Source: Dehalococcoidia bacterium
Lineage (GTDB): Bacteria; Chloroflexota; Dehalococcoidia; Lucifugimonadales; UBA3495
Length of the DNA: 64,000 bases
Assembly: GCA_965116785.1 (NCBI GenBank)
Contig: OZ220731.1
Coordinates: 3,619,922-3,683,921, forward strand
Reading direction: 5' to 3'
A program made the translations under genes and the position numbers. This document shows positions 44,407 to 53,601 of the stretch, piece by piece; position 1 is the stretch's first letter; each line of letters starts with the position of its first letter. The notes beneath the pieces are model-generated. The model saw nothing but the letters and a program-made list of their open reading frames with translations, had not been told where the DNA came from and did not search any database.

Positions 44407-44940
44407 TGATGCTGTCGGACGGCGAATTATTTGAAACCATCGCCAGTGGCCATCTGGTGATCACTCCATTCGATGATAACAACGTGCAGCCGTAATCTGT
44501 CGACTTGAGATTGGATCCGTTGCTCTCTGTCCAGCGCCGCCAACCCGTGCCCGGCATGACCCTCCACCCGGATGAGTTGAACGTAGCTGAACACATCAGC
44601 CTCTATGCGGAGGAAAAGGTTGACCTGCCGGGCGGACAAACCTGGAATTTCGAACCTGGCGGTTTCGTCATCGGGCAAACCCTCGAGACTGTTGGAATGC
44701 CGCTGGACCTGGCGGGCCGCGTGGAGGGAAGAAGCCGATTGGCTCGCCTCGGTCTTGGCGTACACGTCACCGCCCCGAAAATCGACCCCGGCTTCCGTAA
44801 ACCGTATCACCCTGGAAATGTTCAACCTGGGGCCGTGGACCATAGGCCTGACCGCCGACATGAGGATTTGCTCTCTCGTGATAGAGCGACTGGGCCGAGC
44901 CGCCGTGGGCGGCTACCAGGGGGTGTTCCAAGGCGGTTGA
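44406..44940 (+). pseudogene. dcd: dCTP deaminase gene disrupted by one nonsense codon and one frameshift
   Basis: MMLSDGELFETIASGHLVITPFDDNNVQP-TAA(44493-44495)-SVDLRLD...PGGFVIGQTLETVGMPLDLAGRVEGRSRLARLGLGVHVTAPKIDPGF. The frame then shifts by +1 near 44797-44801 to NRITLEMFNLGPWTIGLTADMRICSLVIERL...YQGVFQGG. This is colinear with mycobacterial Dcd as I recall it. Confidence 0.7.
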
Positions 44941-44969
44941 ACTTGCATTGGCGCTGTTGAAAGAAACGA

Positions 44970-45004
44970 GTAGGAGCGACCGGTTGGTCGCCCCTACTTT
45001 TGTG
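44970..45004 (+). terminator. Rho-independent terminator (also closes the convergent DUF1501 gene)
   Basis: gtaggagcgacc-ggtt-ggtcgcccctac (12-bp stem, one mismatch) followed by ttttgtg. Confidence 0.6.
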
Positions 45005-45020
45005 CCTATGTTAGCCCCGC

Positions 45021-46148
45021 CTACAGGAAGGCGAACTGCTCGTAGTCGCCGTGGACTATCGGGATGGGGTCCAGCTCCAGCCAGCGGTTGAGGATGGTGG
45101 CATAGGTGGAGCGGAAGTCGGTGGTGAAGTGCATGTCGCCTTCGGAATGATCCTCGGGGCGCAGGGACGGGTACTCAGCGTACAGGCCGCCGTTGACCGA
45201 GCCGCCGATGACGAACGCCACGCCGCCGGAACCGTGGTCGGTGCCGGTGCCGTTGTCCTTGATGCGCCGGCCGAACTCGGAGAAGACCAGGATCAGCGTG
45301 TCGTCCAGCATGCCGTGCTCGTCCAGGTCACTGGTGAAGTCGGCGATGGCGGTGGACACGTCGGTCCACAGCTTGTGGTGAGCGGGAAGCTCGTTGCTGT
45401 GGGTGTCGAAGCTGCCGTGCATGGTGTAGTAGATGCGGGTGCCCAGGTCGGCGGACATCACCTGCGCCATGTTCCGCAGCGACTGGCTGATGGGCGTGTC
45501 GGCGTATTCGACCGTGGACGAGTACAGGTCGGGCGCGCTGCGGAGCCGGTCGGCGCCCTTGAGGGCGTTGGAGCCGGTCTCGGACAGCACCTGGGCGACG
45601 ATGTCCTTGCTCTCGGTGGGCCCGTAGATGCGGCTGAAGGCCTCCAGGGCGTACTGGCGGGACTTCTCATCCTGGATGTCGGGCATCAGGCCGTAGGTTT
45701 CCAGGTTGGCAACCGACGCCACCGGAACGCCCTTGCAGACCATGGCCCGGGGAAGGCCGCGGCCGAAGTTCACGCCGGTGAGAACGTTTTCGCCACGGGC
45801 GTCGAGGTCGCGGATGGCCGCGCCCAGCCAGCCCTCGGCGCCGATCTTTTCCGACTCGGCGGTGTACCAGACGTCGCGGGAGCGGAAGTGGGAGCGGTTG
45901 GGGTTGGGGTAGCCGATGCCGTTGATGATGCCGAGATTCCCCTGGTCCCAGAGGTGCTTCATGGGCGCCAGGCTGGGGTTCAAACCGACCTCGCCGTCGA
46001 GGTGCAGCACGTCGCTCTCGGGGATGCCGACGTTGTTGCGGAAGTCGTAATAGAGGGGGTTGTTGTAGGGGATGACCGTGTTCAGGGCGTCGTTGCCGCC
46101 CTGGAGCTCAATCACCACTACCGACCTTTCCTTCTTGGTGGAAGTCAT
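45021..46148 (-). CDS. DUF1501 domain protein (sulfatase/phosphatase-like fold)
   Basis: ELQGGNDALNTVIPY, HGSFDTHSNE, VFSEFGRR..DNGTGTDHG and GG.V.GG match the DUF1501 pattern. Confidence 0.9.
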   Translation of the reverse strand: MTSTKKERSVVVIELQGGNDALNTVIPYNNPLYYDFRNNVGIPESDVLHLDGEVGLNPSLAPMKHLWDQGNLGIINGIGYPNPNRSHFRSRDVWYTAESEKIGAEGWLGAAIRDLDARGENVLTGVNFGRGLPRAMVCKGVPVASVANLETYGLMPDIQDEKSRQYALEAFSRIYGPTESKDIVAQVLSETGSNALKGADRLRSAPDLYSSTVEYADTPISQSLRNMAQVMSADLGTRIYYTMHGSFDTHSNELPAHHKLWTDVSTAIADFTSDLDEHGMLDDTLILVFSEFGRRIKDNGTGTDHGSGGVAFVIGGSVNGGLYAEYPSLRPEDHSEGDMHFTTDFRSTYATILNRWLELDPIPIVHGDYEQFAFL

Positions 46149-46180
46149 CGGGTTATCCTCCTGTTGGGGTCTGGTGCATT

Positions 46181-46213
46181 GTTACGGGATTGCCACGCTG
46201 CGCTCGCAATGAC
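46181..46213. repeat. REP-like palindromic element, family A
   Basis: gttacgggattgccacgctgcgctcgcaatg is an exact 31-mer shared with 57512-57542. Confidence 0.8.
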
Positions 46214-46269
46214 TACACGGGGGCGTGCGCTGGCTCAATTCCGATTGATTGCCATGCTGCGCGCTGCGA

Positions 46270-47307
46270 CTAGGCGGAAGCGTGGGCGGGCTGGTACACC
46301 TGGATGCGGTGCCGGTTGCTTTCGGTGACGTAAAGGTTCCCGTTGCGGTCGAGTTTAACCGACACGGGGGACCAGAAATACTTTTCGATGTGGGAGGATT
46401 CCTCGTGGGGTTCGTCCACGAAGTAATCGATCTCGGGTTCGAGGTTGGCGCGGGAACGGGCCTCGCCCTCCTCCACGTTGACGGACAGGAAGTTGGCGGC
46501 CCAGGCGGACAACGTGGCCTCGCCGCGGAGCTTCTGGACGAAACTCCCGTCTGGGTCGAGGATCTGAATCCGCTCGTTGCCCCAGTCGGCGACGTAGATG
46601 TTTCCGGCCGGGTCGACGGCCACGCCGGAGGGTCGATGGAGCTCGCCGTCGCCTCGGCCGCTGGTGCCGAAGGATGCCAGATGCGCGCCGTCGCCAGAGA
46701 ATTTCTGGATGCGGTCGTTGCCCCAGTCGGCGACGTAGACGTTGCCATCGGCGCCGACGGTGATCCCCCAGGGGAGTTGCAACTGGCCGGGTCCGTCGCC
46801 CTCTTGGCCGAAGGCCAGCAGGAACCGGCCATCGGCGGTGAACTTCTGGACGCGGTGGTTGTAAGTGTCGGCGACGTAGAGGTTGTCGTCGGCGTCGAAG
46901 GCGAGGCCGGACGGGGTGTCCAGCTGGCCTTCGGCCGAGCCATGTTCGCCCCAGACGGACAGCACAGCGCCTTCGCGGTCGAACACCGAGATGCGGTGCG
47001 TGGCCTCGTCGCTGACGTAAACGCGCCCCCGGCTGTCCAGGGTGCACGCGGAGGGCCAGATGAACTGGCCGGGTGACTGACCGTAGGCGGCAAAGGTGCC
47101 GTAGTACTCGCTGTCGATGTCGCACACGGTGACGCGGACGCCGCGGGTGACGTTCTCCAGTGAGCGGTTGGCGACGTACATCCGCCCGTCGTCGGCAATG
47201 GCGACGTCCGTGGGGCTGTAGAAGCCCCGCCCCTCCATGGTCGTCATGCCCAGGGTCATGCGGTATTCGAGGAGCTTGATCTCCGGTATGTCTTGGACTG
47301 TGGTCAT
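46270..47307 (-). CDS. NHL-repeat beta-propeller protein
   Basis: Six repeats of the type G.G.G.F..P.G.A.D..GN.YVAD..N.RIQ.F (for example GDGELHRPSGVAVDPAGNIYVADWGNERIQIL). Confidence 0.85.
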   Translation of the reverse strand: MTTVQDIPEIKLLEYRMTLGMTTMEGRGFYSPTDVAIADDGRMYVANRSLENVTRGVRVTVCDIDSEYYGTFAAYGQSPGQFIWPSACTLDSRGRVYVSDEATHRISVFDREGAVLSVWGEHGSAEGQLDTPSGLAFDADDNLYVADTYNHRVQKFTADGRFLLAFGQEGDGPGQLQLPWGITVGADGNVYVADWGNDRIQKFSGDGAHLASFGTSGRGDGELHRPSGVAVDPAGNIYVADWGNERIQILDPDGSFVQKLRGEATLSAWAANFLSVNVEEGEARSRANLEPEIDYFVDEPHEESSHIEKYFWSPVSVKLDRNGNLYVTESNRHRIQVYQPAHASA

Positions 47308-47328
47308 GGTTTGTACATCCTTGGAGAT

Positions 47329-47443
47329 CGTCTGAAACAGGATTTTCGGGATTAGAGGATTTTCAGGATTGGGTGTTCTTCACCGCAGGATCACTTCAAT
47401 CCAGTAAATCCAGTAATCCGGCAAATCCTGATTCTGACAATCC
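47329..47443. repeat. Family-D dispersed repeat
   Basis: ...caggattttcgggattagaggattttcaggatt...aatccagtaaatccagtaatccggcaaatcctgattctgacaatcc. The right end is the reverse complement of the 24423 and 26383 left ends. Confidence 0.8.
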
Positions 47444-48859
47444 TTACGCGCGCTGGAACTCGTGGGTTGACGCCACCATCTGGAGAACCTCGGCGATCCG
47501 CCCGGGGTCGGGGTAGTTGGGCGAACCCGCCACGGAGGCGAAGTCGACCAGTTCGCGGCGGGTATCCTCGGACACCTGGATGGCGCCCACCTGGTCGAGG
47601 CAGGCGTCGACGAGCATTTCGGGGGAGACGGCCGACGGGGTTTCCGCGATGCGGTCGACCATGGCGCTGACGCCGGGCTTGGCGGTGTCGCCCAGTTGCT
47701 GGGAGGCGAAGTTGATGCGCTCCACCAGCGAGCCGGTATCGATCCAGTCGATGCCCTGGTGCCAGCCCTCGACGCTGGGCGGGTTGTTGAGGAACTGCCC
47801 CATGAACACCGCTTGCTGGTAGCGCTCGAGGATCTCCTTGCGAGGGCGGTCGAACTCGCCGGTCAGGCGCAGCACGCCGGCCACCAGCTCAACGGGGCTC
47901 TTCACCTTGCGGTACCAGATGGTTTCGTCCTTGAAGAAGTCGGCGTTGAATAGCGCGCGGAGCATGGCGGCGATGTTGTAGCCGCTGTCGAAGTAGGCCT
48001 GGACCAGCAGGTCGATCGCTTCAGGGTCCTGGGGCTCGGTGTAGGGCCACTCGGGCACGGGCGGCTCGTCGGCCACGAAGAAGCTGTACATGTGCCGGGA
48101 GATGAACCGGGCGGTGGCTTCCTGCTGGCAGATGATGTCGACGATGTCGTCACCGTTCAGCTGACCACGCTGGCCCAAGAACTCCTTGTCGCCGAAGTCG
48201 TGGTCCTCCTCCTGGAACTCGAAGTGCCAGGAGATGCGGCCGTAGGGCCAGTCGGAGTCGCGCATGGAGCGCAGTTCCATGTACTCGCGGTTGCCCAGGG
48301 TCCAGCCGGTGAAGGCGCGGGCGCACTCCTGGACATCCTGCTCGGTGTAATTGCCGACGCCCATGGAGAAGAGCTCGAGCAGTTCGCGGCCGAAGTTCTC
48401 GTTGATGGCGTCCTTGTGGTTGTCCTGGTTGTCCAGCCAGATGATCATGGCCGGGTCCCGGGAGAGCTCGACCAGCAGGTCGCGGAAGCTGCCCATGCCC
48501 CGGTAGCGGAACATGCGGACCTGGTCGGACAGGGCCTTGCCGTGGATGACCTTCGGGTAGCCGGTGGCGAAGATGCCGTGCCAGAACAGGGCGACCTTTT
48601 CCCGCAGCGGCGTGGTGGTGCTGGCCATGCGGTACAACCAGTTCTCGCCGGAGCCCAGGGTGCCCATCATGCCCGACAGCTCGGGATGGAACCGGCGGAT
48701 CAGGTCGTCGCCCATCCGGTGTTCGGCGCTGTGGTCCAGAAGCTGATCCACGGTGGCCTCGTAGCCCTGGGCGGCGTGGGCCTCCAGCTGTGCGCGGGTG
48801 GCGCCGAAGCCGGCGCGTCGCATCAGGTGGCCGATAAGTTCTACATCGCGGTTTGCCAT
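47444..48859 (-). CDS. DUF1800 domain protein
   Basis: HLMRRAGFGATRAQLE, FWHGIFAT, NENFGRELLELFSMGVG.YTE.DV.E.ARAFTGW: the DUF1800 pattern, the usual partner of DUF1501. Confidence 0.9.
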   Translation of the reverse strand: MANRDVELIGHLMRRAGFGATRAQLEAHAAQGYEATVDQLLDHSAEHRMGDDLIRRFHPELSGMMGTLGSGENWLYRMASTTTPLREKVALFWHGIFATGYPKVIHGKALSDQVRMFRYRGMGSFRDLLVELSRDPAMIIWLDNQDNHKDAINENFGRELLELFSMGVGNYTEQDVQECARAFTGWTLGNREYMELRSMRDSDWPYGRISWHFEFQEEDHDFGDKEFLGQRGQLNGDDIVDIICQQEATARFISRHMYSFFVADEPPVPEWPYTEPQDPEAIDLLVQAYFDSGYNIAAMLRALFNADFFKDETIWYRKVKSPVELVAGVLRLTGEFDRPRKEILERYQQAVFMGQFLNNPPSVEGWHQGIDWIDTGSLVERINFASQQLGDTAKPGVSAMVDRIAETPSAVSPEMLVDACLDQVGAIQVSEDTRRELVDFASVAGSPNYPDPGRIAEVLQMVASTHEFQRA

Positions 48860-48872
48860 GGATTACCTCCCT

Positions 48873-50420
48873 CTAATTGCCCTGCAGCATGAGTTCGGAC
48901 ACTCGCTCGCCGATCATCATGGTGGTGACGTTGGTGTTGGCGCGGATGCAGTCGGGCATGATGGACGCGTCCACCACGCGGAGGTTCTGCACTCCCTTGA
49001 CCCGGCCCTGCTGGTCGACCACCGCCATGGGGTCGGAGTCGGGGCCCATCTTGCAGGTGCAGGAGATGTGCTGGGCGGTGGAGACGTTGCTGCGGAGCCA
49101 CCGGTCCAGGGCTTCGTCGGTTTCGAGGTCGGAGTCCAGCGGTTCCGTGCGTTCCTGGATGATGTCGGCGAAGTCGCTGTGATTCCCCAGTTCCACGGCG
49201 ATACGCACGCCGTCCCGCAGCCGCTGGCGGTCGAACTCCTCGGTCAGGTAGTTGTAGTTGAGGTAAGGCTGGTCGTGCGGGTTGGTGGACTGGAGCCTCA
49301 GCTCGCCGGCGCCCACGGCCAGGTAGATGGAAACCGAGGCGCGGATGCCCAGCGGCTCCATGCGGTCGCCGCCGCGGATGACCTGCTCGGTGGCGAAGGA
49401 CGAGAAGATCATGATCATGTCGTTGCGCAGGTTGGATCCATCGGCCGTATATTTCAGGCAGGTCTGCATGCGGGGGGCGTATCCGTCGAGTTCAAATCCC
49501 GGCCTGGTCCTCCAGGTGACGGGCACGATGGGATGGTCGCGCAGGTTCTGTCCCACGCCGGGGCTGTCGTGCACCACGGGGATGCCGAGGCTGCGCAGAT
49601 GCTCCGCGGGGCCGACGCCGGAGAGCATGAGCAACTGCGGGGAGGCGATGGCGCCGCCGCTGAGGATGATCTCGTTCGCCTCCACGGTGAACACCTCGCC
49701 GCCGCTTTCCACAACCACGCCGGTGGCCCGGTTCCCGTCGAACAGGACGCGGTGCACCGTGCAGTCGGGCCGCAGGGTGAAGTTCAGCCGGTGGCGCGCC
49801 AGGTCCAGGTAGCCCAGGGCCGTGCTCCAACGGATGCCGTTGGGGTTGTTGAAAGGCGTGGGGCCGATTCCGGTGGAGTCGGGGCTGTTGTGGTCGTCGG
49901 TGTGGGGGAAGCCGTAGGCGCGGGCGGCGTTGTAGAAGGCATGCTGCGCCGGCAGCCAATCCTCGCGCTTGAAACGCCGGGCGACGATGGGACCGTCGTT
50001 GCCATGGAAGTCGTCGGAGAAGTCGGTATCGGTCTCCAGGCGGCGGAAGCAGCCCAGCAGGTTCTGGAAGCTCCACTGGTCGTTGCCCATGGCGGCCCAG
50101 CCGTCGTAGTCCTCGGGGACGCCGCGCAGGAACATCTGGCCGTTGATGGCGCTGGAACCGCCGGTGACCTTGCCGCGGGGCACCATGATCTCGGGGTTCT
50201 CGGCGGTGCCGTATCCGGTGAACTGCCAATTGTGGTCGCTGGTCATGACGTCGGTGGCGGTGGCGTAGCCAAACTTCACCTCCTCGGGCAGGTGCTCGAA
50301 GTTGGGGTAGTCCGGCCCGGCCTCCAGCAGCAGCACGGAGGTGTTGGGGTTCTCGCTCAATCGGGTGGCCATGATGGAACCGGCAGAGCCGGCGCCGATG
50401 ACGATGTAGTCGTATTTCAA
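48873..50420 (-). CDS. GMC-family FAD oxidoreductase (choline dehydrogenase-like)
   Basis: YDYIVIGAGSAGSIMATRLSE, GKVTGGSSAINGQMF, the C-terminal active-site region HISCTCKMG, and RVVDASIMP. Confidence 0.92.
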   Translation of the reverse strand: MKYDYIVIGAGSAGSIMATRLSENPNTSVLLLEAGPDYPNFEHLPEEVKFGYATATDVMTSDHNWQFTGYGTAENPEIMVPRGKVTGGSSAINGQMFLRGVPEDYDGWAAMGNDQWSFQNLLGCFRRLETDTDFSDDFHGNDGPIVARRFKREDWLPAQHAFYNAARAYGFPHTDDHNSPDSTGIGPTPFNNPNGIRWSTALGYLDLARHRLNFTLRPDCTVHRVLFDGNRATGVVVESGGEVFTVEANEIILSGGAIASPQLLMLSGVGPAEHLRSLGIPVVHDSPGVGQNLRDHPIVPVTWRTRPGFELDGYAPRMQTCLKYTADGSNLRNDMIMIFSSFATEQVIRGGDRMEPLGIRASVSIYLAVGAGELRLQSTNPHDQPYLNYNYLTEEFDRQRLRDGVRIAVELGNHSDFADIIQERTEPLDSDLETDEALDRWLRSNVSTAQHISCTCKMGPDSDPMAVVDQQGRVKGVQNLRVVDASIMPDCIRANTNVTTMMIGERVSELMLQGN

Positions 50421-50596
50421 GGCTATCCTCCTTGCGTCAGGAGTGTTGGGTTTCAGGAGAATGCGGGTGCAGTTTGCTAAGTTTCCGCAATGATACTGGA
50501 AAAGGCGGGGCAGTTCCAGATTGTCGGGGCGTCTGAGCCGGGAGCGATGCGCTCTGTATAATGGTGCAAACGGAGACGCGGCACACGGGGGATAGC

Positions 50597-50866
50597 ATGG
50601 AGAAGGTAAACCTGTACGCAGATCGTCGCCTGGTGGACGCCGTGCGCTGCCGGGCGCTGGAAGAAAAGACGGACCTGAACGAGCTTTTTCACCAATGGAT
50701 GGTGGATTACCTGGGCGGCGCAGAGGCGGCAGAGCAGGCCATCGCCGAGACTCCGGCGCTGCACAAGGCGCAGGTAGAGCGGGCGATGGCCGCGGTCGAG
50801 GAATTGCAAAAATTCATCGATACCAGTGGCCCCAAACCCACCCGAGACGAGATGAATGCCCGCTGA
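50597..50866 (+). CDS. Putative ribbon-helix-helix antitoxin (VapB-like)
   Basis: MEKVNLYADRRLVDAVRCRALEEKTDLNELFHQWMVDYL is a beta-strand plus two-helix RHH pattern. It overlaps the PIN gene start by 11 nt. Confidence 0.6.
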   Translation: MEKVNLYADRRLVDAVRCRALEEKTDLNELFHQWMVDYLGGAEAAEQAIAETPALHKAQVERAMAAVEELQKFIDTSGPKPTRDEMNAR

Positions 50867-51296
50867 AAATTTTGTAGACAGCAACATATTTGTTTACATG
50901 TTGGATAGATCTGCTCCGGCCAAGCGTCAACGCGCGAGGGAGTTGGTGTATGGTCTGCTGGATGACAGGACTGGCTGCATCAGCTATCAGGTGGTTCAAG
51001 AATCGTTGAACGCATTGATACGAAGGTTAGGCGAGCCGCCGGATGCGGTGGCCGCATTTCTGGAGGAGATATTGCTTCCCCTGTGGCAGATCAACCAGAT
51101 GAATGCCACGCCGGAACTCTACCGAAGCGGTCTGCGAATACAGGCCCGCTACGGGTTCAGCTTCTACGATTCGCTGATTGTGGCGGCGGCGCTGGGAGCG
51201 GGCTGCATCACCCTGTACAGTGAGGACATGCAGGACGGACAACGGATAGAGGGGCTGACCATCAGGAACCCCTTCGCGGAAACCCGCGCTACGTGA
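50856..51296 (+). CDS. vapC: PIN-domain toxin (VapC family)
   Basis: FVDSNIFVY (Asp), VVQESLN (Glu), FYDSLIVAAA (Asp), YSEDMQ (Asp): the four acidic PIN residues in canonical spacing. Confidence 0.85.
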   Translation: MPAENFVDSNIFVYMLDRSAPAKRQRARELVYGLLDDRTGCISYQVVQESLNALIRRLGEPPDAVAAFLEEILLPLWQINQMNATPELYRSGLRIQARYGFSFYDSLIVAAALGAGCITLYSEDMQDGQRIEGLTIRNPFAETRAT

Positions 51297-51310
51297 ACGG
51301 AGGGAGAGCA

Positions 51311-51517
51311 ATGCGGCAAGTGCTCCTGTACCCGGGCGAAGACGGCTACTGGGTTGTGGAATGCCCCAGCCTGCCCGGGTGTATCAGCCAGGGCGAAACC
51401 CGGGAAACGGCCATCGCCAACATCAAAGAGGCGATTGCAGAATACGTGACTGCGCTGGAAGACGACGGGTTGCCGGTGCCCGAGGAGCGTTTTGAGGCAC
51501 TGGTAGTCGCCGTATGA
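51311..51517 (+). CDS. hicB: HicB-family antitoxin (UPF0150)
   Basis: ATG follows GGAGGGAG. EDGYWVVECPSLPGCISQGETRETAIANIKEAI is the characteristic HicB N-domain. Confidence 0.8.
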   Translation: MRQVLLYPGEDGYWVVECPSLPGCISQGETRETAIANIKEAIAEYVTALEDDGLPVPEERFEALVVAV

Positions 51518-51735
51518 CCAGACTCCCTCGGATTTCAGGGCAAGAGTGCGTCAGTGCGCTGGTTAGAGCGGGATTTCGCACCAGGCGACAACGAGGGAGC
51601 CACATTATCATGCGACGCGACGAACCTTTTGCGCAGCTTGTAGTACCCGACCATCGAGAGCTAGACCTCGGGACGTTGCGAGCTATCATCAGGCAATCCG
51701 GCCTGAGTGTAGAGGAGTTTCGCGCGATGCTGTGA
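51514..51735 (+). CDS. hicA: HicA-family mRNA interferase toxin
   Basis: 4-nt overlap with hicB. ISGQECVSALVRAGF...RQRGSHIIM...VPDHRELDLGTLRAIIRQSGLS is the HicA (YcfA) pattern. Confidence 0.8.
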   Translation: MTRLPRISGQECVSALVRAGFRTRRQRGSHIIMRRDEPFAQLVVPDHRELDLGTLRAIIRQSGLSVEEFRAML

Positions 51736-51777
51736 CCCACTTTGCCGGATACGATGCTCACCCGACGGAGGTCCAAC

Positions 51778-52791
51778 ATGCTCCAAACCATCCGACCCGA
51801 CGACCCCCGGCTGACCTGGCAGGGGGCGATTTCGTTCCACGACACCGCCGAGTGGCGGATGCCGTGGCGCATTCCCTACGAGGATCGCTTGCTCTTCCCG
51901 CCCGACGCATTGCGGGAGCGGGCGGCGATGCCCGCCGGCGTACGCATTGCCTTCCGCAGCGACACCGAAACACTGGCCGGCTCGGTTGTGCCGGTGGTTG
52001 AGTCCAGTCCCATCGATCTTTACTGCGACGGGCAGTTTCACGGGTCGGCGGCGCTGGAGGGGCGGGACGGTTTCCGGTTTGACGGGCTGCCGTCTGGCGA
52101 AAAACTGGTCGAGCTTTGGCTGCCGCAGCATGGGGAGTTCCGGCTGAGTCACCTGGAAGTCTCGGACGGGGCCAGCTTGGAACCCTTCGACGACCGCCGG
52201 CCGCGCTGGGTGGCCTACGGCAGTTCGATCACCCACTGCCGCACCGCGGCCAGCCCCAGCCTGACCTGGCCGGCCGTGGCCGCGCGGGCCGGCGACCTGA
52301 ACCTGACCTGCCTGGGCTACGGCGGCGGCTGCCACCTGGAGCCCATGGTGGCACGGATGATGCGGGACCTGCCGGCCGACTATCTGTCGATGAAGGTCGG
52401 GATCAACATGTACACCGCCGCGAGCATCGGGCTGCGGACGTTCATGCCGGCCGTCATCGGGTTTGTGCACATCCTGCGGGAGGAGCATCCCGATACGCCG
52501 CTGGCGGTCATATCGCCGATCTTCTCGGCGTGGCGGGAGAACACGGAGAACCCCGTGGGGTTCACCCTGGCGGCGATGCGCGCGGAGGTCGCCGAGGCGA
52601 CCGCGCTGATGCAGGCGCGGGGCGACCGCAACCTGCACTACGTGGACGGCCTGGAACTGTTCGGGCCGGAGATGGCCCACATGCTGCCCGACGACCTGCA
52701 TCCCGACGCCGAGGGATACCAGGCGATGGGGCGGAACTTCGTGGAGAAAGTGGCGGCTACGGTGTTTGGTCGGGCTCCGGTTCCGGCGTGA
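51778..52791 (+). CDS. SGNH/GDSL-type hydrolase
   Basis: ATG follows GGAGG. It has an N-terminal beta-sandwich-like region. Block I is WVAYGSSITHC, and block V is DDLHPDAEGY (D..H). Confidence 0.75.
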   Translation: MLQTIRPDDPRLTWQGAISFHDTAEWRMPWRIPYEDRLLFPPDALRERAAMPAGVRIAFRSDTETLAGSVVPVVESSPIDLYCDGQFHGSAALEGRDGFRFDGLPSGEKLVELWLPQHGEFRLSHLEVSDGASLEPFDDRRPRWVAYGSSITHCRTAASPSLTWPAVAARAGDLNLTCLGYGGGCHLEPMVARMMRDLPADYLSMKVGINMYTAASIGLRTFMPAVIGFVHILREEHPDTPLAVISPIFSAWRENTENPVGFTLAAMRAEVAEATALMQARGDRNLHYVDGLELFGPEMAHMLPDDLHPDAEGYQAMGRNFVEKVAATVFGRAPVPA

Positions 52792-53119
52792 TCCACTCGG
52801 AGATGGCGCAGCCGGGCTCGCGTTTGCGCGGGAACTCCCGGCAGACGCGCGGGCGCCGGTCGTAGATGCGGCAGGCGGAGGTGGCCGAATCGAGCATGGG
52901 GCAATGCTCGCCCGGCTGGTCCAGGAAAAGCACGTTGCCGCCGCCGTCGGGGGCGCGGCTGATCCGGGCTTCCGTGCCCAGGCTGGCAGCCGCCCGGTAG
53001 AAGCCGGTGACCTCGTCCGGGTCCAGCCGCAGTATGATGGGGCCACGGCAGCACATGGCGTGGCACTCCCTCATGCAGATGCGGCTGGCCTCCTCCGGCG
53101 GAAGAGAAATGTCAGGCAC
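52757..53119 (-). CDS. YkgJ-family cysteine-cluster protein
   Basis: CHAMCCRGP and later CPMLD...CRIYDRRPRVCREFP fit the CxxCxxCC / C-rich UPF0153 pattern. Confidence 0.7.
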   Translation of the reverse strand: MPDISLPPEEASRICMRECHAMCCRGPIILRLDPDEVTGFYRAAASLGTEARISRAPDGGGNVLFLDQPGEHCPMLDSATSACRIYDRRPRVCREFPRKREPGCAISEWITPEPEPDQTP

Positions 53120-53139
53120 GAGTGGCGACGGTTCGCGGG

Positions 53140-53484
53140 CTACTTGCCGTCTTCGATGCTGACCGTGATGATGGCGTTGGCGATCAGGGTGCCGTCGCTG
53201 CCGTCATCATTGAGCAGTTCGAGGCCTCCCACCACAACGTTGACGTTGGCGCGGCCGTGGGGCAGCGAGTCGGCAACCTCGTCGGCGTTGACCTTCTCGG
53301 GGTGGGGGGCGCCGATGGTCACGTCGACCGTCATGTCGTCGGCGGTGGCGCCGACCAGGCGGGAGAAACCCAGGCTGCTGTGGTGGATGGCGTCGAACAC
53401 GGCCCGCTTGGCCGCCAGGGTGTAATCCAGGCCGTGAACATCCACGCCCATGCCCATTTCGGTTACGCAACGCACGAGAGCCAT
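53140..53484 (-). CDS. Lin0512-family conserved hypothetical protein
   Basis: Start MALVRC (53484). TEMGMGVDVHGLDYTLAAKRAVFDAI and the C-terminal LIANAIITVSIE resemble the Lin0512 family as I recall it (EMGMGIDQHGQD...). Confidence 0.65.
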   Translation of the reverse strand: MALVRCVTEMGMGVDVHGLDYTLAAKRAVFDAIHHSSLGFSRLVGATADDMTVDVTIGAPHPEKVNADEVADSLPHGRANVNVVVGGLELLNDDGSDGTLIANAIITVSIEDGK

Positions 53485-53601
53485 ATCGTGACCTCCTGAA
53501 GGGTCGACTGTTCTGTCAATGGAAATACGGCAGTGCACGGGGGCGCGCCGCCGTTGAGCCATTTAACGGCAGCGCCTGTGGCAAGTCAAGGCGGGCACGT
53601 T

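Noticed and set aside
46182-47198. Alternative-frame ORFs inside the NHL-repeat gene (46182-47198, 46355-47125, 46249-47076)
   Set aside because: They have Pro/Arg/Thr/Ser-rich low-complexity translations. The frame 46270-47307 gives six clean NHL repeats.
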